Position numbers and translations under genes: made by a program. A stretch of DNA of 64,000 bases from Sedimentisphaerales bacterium (GTDB lineage: Bacteria; Planctomycetota; Phycisphaerae; Sedimentisphaerales; SM23-30), in NCBI GenBank assembly GCA_963666285.1, contig OY762711.1; one strand, given 5' to 3'. Shown one piece after another: positions 1 through 9,648 of the stretch. Positions within the stretch are counted from its first letter, which is position 1, and every line of letters begins with the position of its first letter. Under the pieces are notes generated by a model. That model was not told the DNA's origin. It made no database searches and worked only from the letters and a program-made list of their open reading frames with translations.

Positions 1-737
1 CGGTACATATCACATCGATTACGGCCGCGATAAATACATTTATCTTTTTCAATAGCTCCGGTAGGTTTCACTTCTCTGGCAAAATGGAAAAACACTGCCA
101 TCTCTGCCGTTGTTGCATATAAGCGGTGGCCATACGAACCAAAGTCACAGCACTTACCGCAATTTTCACATTTCGGCGCCGCAGATTCGATATAACGATC
201 AATATCAGAATAAACGTCATAAACCGATTCGATAACAGCCTTATTATCCAGATTATTATTGGCCCATTCAATCGCCTGGTCCGGAACCGGTTTCGATGGC
301 CGAAGCGGGGCCAGATCTCCATCCCGAATAGCTTCTATTTCAACCTGGCTAAACAGTCTGCCCCGGTTCATACCCGGACATCCCTCTGCCGCATCGTCCC
401 AGGACCTCTTATTTGCAAGGTTTGTCTTCCAAAACGGCCATGTTCGACACTGTAGCGGACGAACCTGGTAAAGTTCACAGCCTTTTCCGCCCTCAGGACG
501 TTTCTCAAGGAAGATACAATCGTGGCTCGGACGCTTCTCTTTCAGACTGTATTTTATGCTTACCCTGCGACAGTAGCTATCTTTAAACTCTTTAGCCGTC
601 ATTCGCAGCTGACCGGCCATAGCCTCTATCTCTCTTTTATCTACCCAGACGTAACCTTCCTCAGGGCCGGAACAGCAGTTACCGCAGCCCTGACATTCAA
701 AGGTCAGTCCGTCACTATACCATTTATCTTTAGTCAT
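1..737 (-). CDS. YkgJ-family (CxxCxxCC) cysteine-cluster protein with two tandem domains; 3' end runs off the window
   Basis: Not in the ORF track; translated by hand from ATG at 737: MTKDKWYSDGLTFECQGCGNCCSGPEEGYVWV...DCIFL...CELYQVRPLQCRTWPFW...CPG, then a second CENCGKCCDF...C. Open to position 1. Confidence 0.85.
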   Translation of the reverse strand, partial: MTKDKWYSDGLTFECQGCGNCCSGPEEGYVWVDKREIEAMAGQLRMTAKEFKDSYCRRVSIKYSLKEKRPSHDCIFLEKRPEGGKGCELYQVRPLQCRTWPFWKTNLANKRSWDDAAEGCPGMNRGRLFSQVEIEAIRDGDLAPLRPSKPVPDQAIEWANNNLDNKAVIESVYDVYSDIDRYIESAAPKCENCGKCCDFGSYGHRLYATTAEMAVFFHFAREVKPTGAIEKDKCIYRGRNRCDMY

Positions 738-997
738 AGCATTATGTTACATATTAACTGGAAAAAGACAACTTTTTTTGTATAATAATAACTTATAAAA
801 CATTGAACAAAAATAGCTTACAGGATTGTCCCTTTTTATTCAAACATGACTGGATTCTTGTTTGACTTACTTTTCTGTCCCCGCTGCTATTTGTAAAAGC
901 CAATAAGGACTGTAATTAGAACGCAACTTTGAATATGAGTACAGGCCTGCACAAAAGGTCACATGCTCGAATAAACTAAAGAGCCATAGAGATAGTA

Positions 998-2188
998 ATG
1001 ATCGAATCCCGCACAACAGAAGTTAGCAGCGAAACTGAAATACGCACTTCATGTTTCACTTTCAACAATCAGAAACATATCTTCTTGTCTTTAAAAAGTA
1101 GAAAAAACGTAGCTGAATTTTCAGTTGTTTTCCGGAGCCTGGCAGAAAAACTTCAAGAATTTAACTCTGATGTAAACTCTATCTTTAGAATGACTTGCTA
1201 TACGAAAGACCAGCAGGATAAAGATGAGGTAAGATCTGCCGTTTCTGATTATTACTCTCCGGTTCCCACCCCTCCGTGTGAAATTGTTGTTCAGCCGTCA
1301 TTGGAAAATTCCAAACTCAGCATTTTTGTCTGGGCGGTCGAAAAAGGCCATGTTGAACATACCGACAATGATGTCGCACTACTGACCGCTAACGGCGAAA
1401 GCCAGTGGATGATGGTGCATAAAAGCTGCGATCTAACCCAGTCATACGAAAACTTTTATAAAAATTATAACGGCATAGCTGCCGCCCTGGAAACAAATGG
1501 ATTTGACCCGGTTGATATAACCAGAACCTGGATATATATTCACGATATCGACGGACTGGACAAATCCGACAACAACTACCAGGGAATGAACCACGCACGC
1601 AAGGAAATTTATAATAAAATCAACTTTGCCGGTCGCACAGACTCATTAGTTGATTTCCCGGCCAGTACGGGAATAGGCCTGCAGGACAGAGCACTAACAT
1701 ATTCTACTCTGGCATGTAAGCCGGGAATGCTGAATAAGGTTATTTCTATCGAAAACCAGGCCCAAACCCCCGCATTTGAGTACCCGGAAGTTGAAAGCAA
1801 GTTTCAACCGCTATTCTCTCGTGCGATCGCCCTGCTCGACGAAGAAAAAGCTTTATGCTCGGTCTCTGGTACCGCAAGTATATTAGAAGCCAAATCCATG
1901 TATATTGGTGATGCAGAAAAACAGACAGAAGTAACTCTGGATAATATAGAAAATCTGATATCAAAAGATAATCTCAAGGCTAATAATATTGAAGTAGCAA
2001 ACGGCGGCCTGGAAGCAGTTGTCCAATTTGTTGTGTATATTAAATACCCGGAAAATCTGGATAAAATTAAATCCATATGCCAAAAAAGGCTCCCTGCCGA
2101 TATCCCGCAATTTTATGTCCACGCCGATGTCTGCCGGGACGACCTGCTGGTCGAAGTTGAGGCATTTACATTACACAAACTCTGCTAA
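998..2188 (+). CDS. Rid/YjgF-superfamily protein of the chorismatase FkbO/Hyg5-like type
   Basis: Motifs RTWIY, PASTGIG, IENxxQxPAxxY, FSRA, SGTASI and C-terminal VCRDDLLVEVE. Confidence 0.7.
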   Translation: MIESRTTEVSSETEIRTSCFTFNNQKHIFLSLKSRKNVAEFSVVFRSLAEKLQEFNSDVNSIFRMTCYTKDQQDKDEVRSAVSDYYSPVPTPPCEIVVQPSLENSKLSIFVWAVEKGHVEHTDNDVALLTANGESQWMMVHKSCDLTQSYENFYKNYNGIAAALETNGFDPVDITRTWIYIHDIDGLDKSDNNYQGMNHARKEIYNKINFAGRTDSLVDFPASTGIGLQDRALTYSTLACKPGMLNKVISIENQAQTPAFEYPEVESKFQPLFSRAIALLDEEKALCSVSGTASILEAKSMYIGDAEKQTEVTLDNIENLISKDNLKANNIEVANGGLEAVVQFVVYIKYPENLDKIKSICQKRLPADIPQFYVHADVCRDDLLVEVEAFTLHKLC

Positions 2189-2223
2189 AATTATATATTC
2201 TAAAATACATAAATAACTTAACC

Positions 2224-2260
2224 AAGGCATGCTAAATATAATCCGGCATGCCTTTTTTTT
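2224..2260 (+). terminator. Intrinsic terminator
   Basis: aaggcatgc ... gcatgcctt stem followed by a T run. Confidence 0.8.
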
Positions 2261-2410
2261 GTATATTTTCAGGAAATCACCTTAAATAGCTTACAATTTT
2301 GTTATTGCTTGTCGGAGCTAAGCTTATTAAAATATTTACTGGTTACAGGCCTACTATGGGCCAACCAACAGTATTATAGATAAGTTACTAGATTGTAAAG
2401 GATTACATAG

Positions 2411-3136
2411 ATGAGCGATACGCTTAAATATAAGAGAGTGTTGTTAAAAATCAGCGGTGAGGGTCTAAGTGGCGGCGGTATCGGCCTTGACGGCAGCGAG
2501 ATAAATGCCGTATGTGAACAAATAGCATCGTTGAGCAAAGCAGGCCTGCAGGTGGCACTGGTTTGCGGAGCCGGCAACATCGTCCGCGGGGCAACTCTCA
2601 ACTCAGAAACTTCTATCGAGCGGGTAACAGCCGACCAGATGGGGATGCTGGCTACTTGTATCAATTCACTCGCCCTGCAGGATGTACTAACCGGCATGGG
2701 AGCCCCCGCCGTAACACTGTCAGCGGTTGAAATGCATGCCGTTTGTGACAGATTTAGTGCAAGACGTGCAAATGAGCTATTAAATGCCGGTAAGGTTGTT
2801 ATCCTGGCCGGGGGAACGGGAAACCCATTCTTTACAACTGATACCTGTGCGGCATTACGTGCCAGCGAGATAAATGCCGATGTTATTATCAAAGCGACCA
2901 AAGTTGACGGTGTTTATAATGATGATCCAATGAAAAACCCTGACGCTACCATGTATGATGAGCTTACCTTTGACCAGGTATTAAAAGATGACCTGAAGGT
3001 TATGGACCATAGTGCAATAACACTATGTAAGGAAAATAATATAGATATTATTGTCTGCAATCTTATGAAAAGCGGTACTGTTGAACGCGTTGTAAAAGGT
3101 GAAAATGCCGGAACTAGAGTAAAATCAATGCCTTAA
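2411..3136 (+). CDS. pyrH: UMP kinase
   Basis: YKRVLLKISGE, GAGNIVRG, ADQMGMLAT, GTGNPFFTTD, KATKVDGVY. Confidence 0.97.
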   Translation: MSDTLKYKRVLLKISGEGLSGGGIGLDGSEINAVCEQIASLSKAGLQVALVCGAGNIVRGATLNSETSIERVTADQMGMLATCINSLALQDVLTGMGAPAVTLSAVEMHAVCDRFSARRANELLNAGKVVILAGGTGNPFFTTDTCAALRASEINADVIIKATKVDGVYNDDPMKNPDATMYDELTFDQVLKDDLKVMDHSAITLCKENNIDIIVCNLMKSGTVERVVKGENAGTRVKSMP

Positions 3137-3280
3137 CCAGACCTAAGCAGACATGCTGTTTAGAAAATTAAATAAAACGGCAAAAACAATGCCCGTTTAT
3201 ATTAAACGGATAAATTAAAGCTAAATTAAAACATAGAATTTATACTAATAGAGTAAGTCATAGATATAAAGGAAAGAATT

Positions 3281-3853
3281 ATGCCAGAAGAAATTTCAGT
3301 AGATGAGATATTACTTGAAACAGAAGAAAAAATGGACAAAGCGGTCGAACACCTGAAACACGAATTTAAGGGTTTACGTACAGGTAGAGCCTCAACAGCG
3401 TTAATTGAAAATATTAACGTTGAATATTATGGAACACCAACACCAATGAAACAAGTTGGTAATCTGTCAGCTCCTGAGGCAAATCTGATAGTTATCAAGC
3501 CTTTTGATACTTCTTGTATAAAAGATATCGAAAGAGCTATCATTTCATCTGACCTGGGACTAAATCCTCAAAGTGATGGTCGAATTGTCCGCCTGGCTGT
3601 ACCGCCACTAAGCGGCGAACGACGTCAGCAATTGAGTAACCAGGTTAAACAGCTTGCCGAACAGGCAAAAGTCAGTGTTCGCAATTCACGCCGGGATGGC
3701 AACAAGGCCCTGGACCAGGGTGAAAAAGACAAGGCGTACACAGAAGATGACCGCGACAAGGCCAAAAAAGAAGTTGATGATATGACGAAAAAGCATACAG
3801 ACAACATTGATGAGCTAATGAAGTCAAAAACCGCTGAAATAATGGAAGTCTGA
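3281..3853 (+). CDS. frr: Ribosome recycling factor
   Basis: LRTGRAS, VEYYG, LGLNPQSDG, PPLSGERR, VRNSRRD; follows pyrH. Confidence 0.97.
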   Translation: MPEEISVDEILLETEEKMDKAVEHLKHEFKGLRTGRASTALIENINVEYYGTPTPMKQVGNLSAPEANLIVIKPFDTSCIKDIERAIISSDLGLNPQSDGRIVRLAVPPLSGERRQQLSNQVKQLAEQAKVSVRNSRRDGNKALDQGEKDKAYTEDDRDKAKKEVDDMTKKHTDNIDELMKSKTAEIMEV

Positions 3854-4066
3854 TATTCACAGATTTATAAAGGTTATTAACTGCAAATAGCAAAAAAACA
3901 GCAAAAACATGAAATATTCATTCTTATTTTTCGTTTAACCTAATATTTGCTATGTTATTTTGCTTTAAGCCAATATTATACGGCAACTTACGCTTATATT
4001 TGAAATTTCTATAACTTGCGGGCCAGACATTGCTCGCAAGTTATATTTTCAAGTGGGGACGAAATA

Positions 4067-4402
4067 ATGCAGGAATTATTAGAACAGGCAAAAAAACTTG
4101 GGCAAATGATTGCTGACGATCATCGCACAAAAGCACTGAAAGAAATGCAGAACAAGCTTGATACCGATGAGGAAGCCAAAAAACTACTGCAGGACTATCA
4201 GAAGCAATTTGAAAAAATCTCAGAACTGGAGCAGTCTGGAAAACCTATTGAGGTTGACGATAAGCACCAATTACGTAACATTCAGGAGAAAATGGCTGTT
4301 AACGAAACGATAAAGCAGATTTCAGCCAAACAAGTAGAATTTGTCGACATGATGAATAAAGTAAAGGCTGAAATAGATAACCAGATTCAAATTGAGTCAT
4401 AA
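4067..4402 (+). CDS. YlbF/YmcA-family helical protein
   Basis: ~110-aa all-helical pattern (AKKLGQMI...DEEAKKLLQDYQ...QSGK); ATG at 4067 after GGGGA. Confidence 0.65.
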   Translation: MQELLEQAKKLGQMIADDHRTKALKEMQNKLDTDEEAKKLLQDYQKQFEKISELEQSGKPIEVDDKHQLRNIQEKMAVNETIKQISAKQVEFVDMMNKVKAEIDNQIQIES

Positions 4403-4486
4403 CCACAAGCCAGGCCTTGTTCCATAAAGCCTCAACCACACCACATTAAATTGCATGCCACAGTAATTTGGAAAAGGAATTATACC

Positions 4487-5809
4487 ATGAATAATCGAAT
4501 TTTATTAAAATCTTCATTGGTAATATGTTTATTTGCCTCGATTTCTTTGGGAAATGAGTGGATATCACTTTTTAACGGCAAAAACCTGGATGGATGGACA
4601 AAACGAGGCGGTAATGCCTCCTTCAAAGTTGAAGACGGTACAATAGTAGGATTAAACGGACCTGGACATAACACCTTTCTTTGCAGCAATAAAACATTCT
4701 CAGATTTTGAGCTGGAATTCGATGTTAAATTGTTTACACCGCTAAACTCAGGGGTACAGATACGCTCTGAAACATTTGAAAAGAAAATAGACGGTAAAAA
4801 AGCTGAAGTTATCAGAGGCCCCCAGGTCGAAATAGAACAAGGTCCGGCAGAAGCAGGATATATTTACGGCGAACAGGCCGGTGGATGGATGACTCCGGCA
4901 GATAAGTTAATCAAACACGACACCTTCAAAAACGATGACTGGAACCATTACCGGATAGTTGCAAGAGGTTCCCGCATACAGACTTACATAAATGGTAAGC
5001 AAATATCCGACCTGGTGCATGAGAAGAACTACAAAGCACATCCAAGCGGTTTTATCGGGCTGCAGGTTCACGCAATAAATGCTCCTGCCGGAAGTCATAA
5101 AGTTGCATGGAAAAACATCCAATTACGCGAAACTGACACCGATGACTGGGACGTCTTATTCAATGGCAAGGATCTGTCCGGCTGGATACCAAAGATCACG
5201 GGATACAAACTAGGCGAAAATCCTGGCAATATTTTCCGAGTGCAGGATGGAGTCATCAAGGTGAGATACGACCAGTTTGATAAATTCACCGGTCAATTCG
5301 GCCACTTATTCTTTGAACAGCCGTTTTCCAGCTATATATTCAGGATGGAATACCGCTTTGTCGGCAAACAAACTCCCGGCGGCCCCGGCTGGGCCTACAA
5401 AAACAGCGGTATAATGATACACGGCCAAACACCTGAAAGCATGAAAGTTGACCAGGATTTTCCGAACAGTATTGAAGTACAGCTTTTAGGTGCTGATGAA
5501 GGCCAGGTACGAACGACTGGAAATCTGTGTTCTCCCGGGACAAAATATGAAAAAGACGGTAAAATTGTAACCGACCATTGCGCAAACTCCTCATCAAATA
5601 GTTTCGCAGGAGAACAATGGGTGCAGGTCGAGATACAAGTTGACGGATCAAATGAAATAGTACACTTAATAAACGGCCATGAAGTCATGAGATATCAGAA
5701 ACCACAGCTTGACAATGGAACTCTACTGGAAAGCGGTTCAATTTCGCTGCAGGCAGAAAGTCATGGCTGTGAATTTAGAAATATTGAAATAAAGCCCATA
5801 GACAGATAA
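4487..5809 (+). CDS. Secreted protein with two DUF1080 (3-keto-disaccharide hydrolase-like) domains
   Basis: Signal peptide; two repeats of WxxLFNGKxLxGW...NSG...G(F/S)IxLQ...(W/F)xNI. Confidence 0.9.
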   Translation: MNNRILLKSSLVICLFASISLGNEWISLFNGKNLDGWTKRGGNASFKVEDGTIVGLNGPGHNTFLCSNKTFSDFELEFDVKLFTPLNSGVQIRSETFEKKIDGKKAEVIRGPQVEIEQGPAEAGYIYGEQAGGWMTPADKLIKHDTFKNDDWNHYRIVARGSRIQTYINGKQISDLVHEKNYKAHPSGFIGLQVHAINAPAGSHKVAWKNIQLRETDTDDWDVLFNGKDLSGWIPKITGYKLGENPGNIFRVQDGVIKVRYDQFDKFTGQFGHLFFEQPFSSYIFRMEYRFVGKQTPGGPGWAYKNSGIMIHGQTPESMKVDQDFPNSIEVQLLGADEGQVRTTGNLCSPGTKYEKDGKIVTDHCANSSSNSFAGEQWVQVEIQVDGSNEIVHLINGHEVMRYQKPQLDNGTLLESGSISLQAESHGCEFRNIEIKPIDR

Positions 5810-5860
5810 ATACATATACTGCCGAATTGGAATGTATAGAGAACAGGAGTAAGCAGATAG

Positions 5861-6295
5861 ATGAAAATAGCGTTGGCTTCGGATCATGCCGGGTTCGAGT
5901 ATAAGGAAATAATAAAGAAATTTTTAATCGAAAAAGGATATGAAATTGAGGATTTTGGTACTTATTCCAACGAATCATGTGCATATCCTGAATTTGTCGT
6001 GCCTGCAGCAAAAGCTGTAGTATCAGGTAGTTGTGATAAAGCAATAGTGCTGGGTGGAAGTGGAAACGGCGAAGCTATTGCCGCAAACAAAGTTAGAGGC
6101 GTACGTTGCGGACTGGCATGGGATCTGCGATCAGCCAGACTTTGCAGAGAACATAATAATGCAAATGTACTGTCTTTAGGCCAGAGAATGATGGCTATTG
6201 AAGAAGCACTCGAAATAGTAGAATTATGGCTGAATACCGAGTTTGAAGGTGGTCGACACCAGGACAGAATTGACATGTTAGATCAGATTAACTAA
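5861..6295 (+). CDS. rpiB: Ribose-5-phosphate isomerase B
   Basis: SDHAG, GGSGNGEAIAANKV, REHNNAN, FEGGRH. Confidence 0.95.
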   Translation: MKIALASDHAGFEYKEIIKKFLIEKGYEIEDFGTYSNESCAYPEFVVPAAKAVVSGSCDKAIVLGGSGNGEAIAANKVRGVRCGLAWDLRSARLCREHNNANVLSLGQRMMAIEEALEIVELWLNTEFEGGRHQDRIDMLDQIN

Positions 6296-6313
6296 AACCA
6301 GGACATCTATAAT

Positions 6314-8170
6314 ATGAAAAATACTTTAAAATTTTTAGCAGCTTGTTTAATTATTATAATAGTAATTAATGGATGCAAAGGCCCAAAGCAATATCGCGAA
6401 GAAGCCGACAAAGTGGCATACGACATAATACACGATGCGGAGAAAGATATATTTGATCGTGAATCAGTCTTTACGATAGAAAAGCCTGAGGATGCACTTC
6501 GCAGACGCCTAATGGAAGCACAAGGCCTGCAGTACTCTCATAACGGCTCCCTGGGTATGGAAAATCTTGATAAGCCGGAATTCTGGCCGGAAGAAAACTT
6601 TCCTCCTGTAGCAGAACAACTGGATAATCTAGAAAAATATTCAGATCAAATCATTCTAAGCCTGGATGAAGCTCTAATGATAGCAGCAAAAAACAGCTTT
6701 GAGTATCAAAGTAGAAAAGAAAATGTTTTTTCTGCGGCATTAAATCTTGATCTGGCAGAAAATGTATTTAGAAATATCTATAGTGGAAGTACTTCTCACA
6801 GTATAACCGCTGATACTGATGTACCTACCAGCCCATCCGGCGAAGATGTACTTGTGACTGCCGATAACAGTGCAGAATTCGGAATTAGCAAGATGCTGAA
6901 AAACGGAGCAAGGATATCTGCCTCTCTTGCAATGAGCATAGCGAACCTGCTTACCTTTGGAGATAATGCCTCAAAAGGTTTTGGAGCAGACGCATCTGTT
7001 TCTATCCCCCTTCTGCGAGGCTCAGGTGAACATATTGTCCTGGAAGAGCTGACCCAGACACAAAGAAACCTGGTATATGCTGTTTATGAATTTGAACGTT
7101 ATAAGAAAGAATTTGCAGTGAACATAGCAGGAAGCTATTTTAGTGTTTTGAGACAACGCAATCAGATTGCAAATGCAAAAGCTAACTATGATAGCGTAAA
7201 GATATCTGCGGGTAAAAGTCGCAAACTGGCGGAAACAGGAAGAATGAGTAATGTAGAACGTGACCAGGCAGTTCAGGACGAATTGGATGCAAGAAATAAC
7301 TGGATCAGTACCCAGCAATCGTATAACAGCACCCTGGACTCATTCAAAACAACTTTAGGTTTACCGCCTGACGCAGACATAGAACTGAATAGCGATGAGC
7401 TAGAAAAACTGGTTGAATATACAGGTAAATCGCTGGATATCAACCTGAAACCCGACCTTAAAACGCCTGTTGAATTTAAAGATATACCAGGCCCATATGA
7501 ACTGGATGAAAAACTGGCGATTGAGCTGGCTCTGAAAAACAGATTGGACCTGAAAGTTTCACAGGGTGAAGTTTACGACAGGCAAAGAAATGTTATAATC
7601 AGGGCTGACCGATTAAGAGCAGAAGTAACTCTTAACGGCAGTGCCCAGTTTAGTGACAGCAATGCAAAATCTCTGCTAAATGACGGTCAATATAGAGCAC
7701 TTTTAACTATTGATTTGCCCATCGAGCGTACCAGCGAACGAAATTCATACCGCGAAAGTTTTATAAGTCTGGACAGGAGCGTTCGCAGTTTACAACAAAC
7801 AGAGGACCAGATCAAACTGGAAGTACGTAACAAACTCCGCAGACTTCAGGAACAAAGATTAAGTCTTCAAATTCAGGCAGAATCTGTAAGACTGGCACAA
7901 AACCGTGTTCGCAGTACAACAATGTACCTGGAAGATGGTCGAGTGCAAATGCGAGACCTGCTGGATGCGGAAAGATCGCTGCTAAGTGCCAAAAATAATA
8001 TAACCAGCAGTATTGTAACGTATCGCCTAACCGAATTGGAGCTGCAACGAGATTTGGGACTGCTCACAATTGATAATGACGGCTTATGGGTCGAATTTGA
8101 CCCTAAAAATATAGACGCCAACCAGACACCTGCGGCAGCTAAACACGAGCAGAGTTCTACCGATGCTTAA
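6314..8170 (+). CDS. TolC-family outer-membrane lipoprotein
   Basis: Lipobox INGC; LSLDEAL, IPLLRG, ALKNRLDL and coiled-coil OEP repeats. Confidence 0.8.
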   Translation: MKNTLKFLAACLIIIIVINGCKGPKQYREEADKVAYDIIHDAEKDIFDRESVFTIEKPEDALRRRLMEAQGLQYSHNGSLGMENLDKPEFWPEENFPPVAEQLDNLEKYSDQIILSLDEALMIAAKNSFEYQSRKENVFSAALNLDLAENVFRNIYSGSTSHSITADTDVPTSPSGEDVLVTADNSAEFGISKMLKNGARISASLAMSIANLLTFGDNASKGFGADASVSIPLLRGSGEHIVLEELTQTQRNLVYAVYEFERYKKEFAVNIAGSYFSVLRQRNQIANAKANYDSVKISAGKSRKLAETGRMSNVERDQAVQDELDARNNWISTQQSYNSTLDSFKTTLGLPPDADIELNSDELEKLVEYTGKSLDINLKPDLKTPVEFKDIPGPYELDEKLAIELALKNRLDLKVSQGEVYDRQRNVIIRADRLRAEVTLNGSAQFSDSNAKSLLNDGQYRALLTIDLPIERTSERNSYRESFISLDRSVRSLQQTEDQIKLEVRNKLRRLQEQRLSLQIQAESVRLAQNRVRSTTMYLEDGRVQMRDLLDAERSLLSAKNNITSSIVTYRLTELELQRDLGLLTIDNDGLWVEFDPKNIDANQTPAAAKHEQSSTDA

Positions 8171-8193
8171 TTAATATCATTGGGGGTTCAGTA

Positions 8194-9153
8194 ATGTCAA
8201 AATATCATGCATATATATACCGTAACCTGGCAAGCTTGAATGAAAGCGGAGTTGATACCCGCAGAGCTCTTCGGTCAGTAGGCAAAGGCTCTCCATATTT
8301 CAAAAGAGTTATGGAAGACATGGCAGAATCTGTCCAGAATGGCACTACTATTGCCGAAGCTATGCGAAAGCATCCCAAACGGTTCAAAAAACATGACATT
8401 GATCTTATCGACGCCTCCGAACATACCGGCACCCTGCCAGATACCCTAAGAGAACTGGCTCAATGGCATGAATTTAAGAGAAAACTCGTATTTGAGCAAA
8501 TGGGGCAGTTTATATATTCAGTTTTCCTGATTCACGGCATGGCGTTTCTACCCGGTCTATTTCTTTATCTTTTTGGCAAAATATCAACTTCGCAATACCT
8601 GTTAAGTGCTATTGGCCCTCTATTGTTTTTCTACATACCTTTATTGGCAACAATTTTCATTCTAAAATTCACCCCACAAACAGGCCCCCTACGCTGTGGT
8701 TTAGACACATTTTATTATTATATCCCCTGGCTAGGCAGCGCATTAAAAGATCTTGGTATAAGTCGATTTGCCAGGGTTTGCAACACATGCTTCAGATCCG
8801 GAATGGACACAGTATCAGCTCTTACTATGGCATGCAACACAACTGGAAATTTCCAGGTAAAACAATTATTTAAGAAATGTGAAGAATCAGTCAAAATTGG
8901 TAAACCAATATCTACCGGGTTTTCAGCAGGTGTACCAACTATGTTTAGAGAAGTGTGGCTTGTGGCAGAAGAATCCGGCAGCCTGGAAGATGCAACTAGA
9001 AGATTAGCTGAAAATTTCCAGGACTCAGGCTTTGTAAAGTTAAAGCTATTTCTAGGTTTCTTGAATAAAGCTATCTACCTGGCAATTGCACTTAAGATTG
9101 GTTTTATGTATGTTAACACCCTTTCCGGAGTTTTTGGAGCCTACGGATCATGA
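8194..9153 (+). CDS. Type II secretion / type IV pilus inner-membrane platform protein (GspF/PilC family)
   Basis: Two T2SSF repeats (ESGV...SEHTGTL; RSGM...AEESGSLE) with TM segments. Confidence 0.85.
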   Translation: MSKYHAYIYRNLASLNESGVDTRRALRSVGKGSPYFKRVMEDMAESVQNGTTIAEAMRKHPKRFKKHDIDLIDASEHTGTLPDTLRELAQWHEFKRKLVFEQMGQFIYSVFLIHGMAFLPGLFLYLFGKISTSQYLLSAIGPLLFFYIPLLATIFILKFTPQTGPLRCGLDTFYYYIPWLGSALKDLGISRFARVCNTCFRSGMDTVSALTMACNTTGNFQVKQLFKKCEESVKIGKPISTGFSAGVPTMFREVWLVAEESGSLEDATRRLAENFQDSGFVKLKLFLGFLNKAIYLAIALKIGFMYVNTLSGVFGAYGS

Positions 9154-9647
9154 TAATCCTTGGTATTGATCCCGGTTTAAGAACAAGCGGTTACGGGGTA
9201 ATAATGCTTGAGCGTGGACAGTGTAAAGTTATTGACGCAGGAACAATAAAAGTAGCTACTGACTTGCCCATGGAAAAGAGATTGCAGGCTATCTATAATG
9301 ATTTTAATACACTCCTAGACAGTCATGATATTGACATAGTAGCTATTGAAGAGCTGTATGCCCATTACAAGCACCCCAGAACCTCTGTTATGATGGCTCA
9401 TGCCAGGGGGCTTTTTCTGCTGACAGCTGCTCAGAGAAATATAAAAATTGAAGGTTACTCTGCTACTCGAGTAAAAAAGTCTCTGACAGGTAACGGGCGA
9501 GCCACAAAGGAACAAATGCAAAGATCTGTAGCCCAGCAGCTTGGTCTAAATGAAATTCCGCAGCCGGCAGATGTAGCAGATGCCCTGGCGATTGCAATGT
9601 GCTGCGTAAACGAATACGATAAACCCGTGAACCTGGACCTATACTAA
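9150..9647 (+). CDS. ruvC: Holliday junction resolvase RuvC
   Basis: ILGIDPG, IEE, AHARG, VKKSLTGNGRATKEQ, DVADALAIA. Confidence 0.97.
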   Translation: MIILGIDPGLRTSGYGVIMLERGQCKVIDAGTIKVATDLPMEKRLQAIYNDFNTLLDSHDIDIVAIEELYAHYKHPRTSVMMAHARGLFLLTAAQRNIKIEGYSATRVKKSLTGNGRATKEQMQRSVAQQLGLNEIPQPADVADALAIAMCCVNEYDKPVNLDLY

Positions 9648-9648
9648 T

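Noticed and set aside
68..785. Four short ORFs listed in the track
   Set aside because: They are shadows of the real minus-strand YkgJ-family gene at 737 to <1.
915..970. Weak hairpin upstream of the chorismatase-like gene, considered as a c-di-GMP riboswitch
   Set aside because: Lacks the GNRA tetraloop/receptor and P1 architecture; pairing is short.
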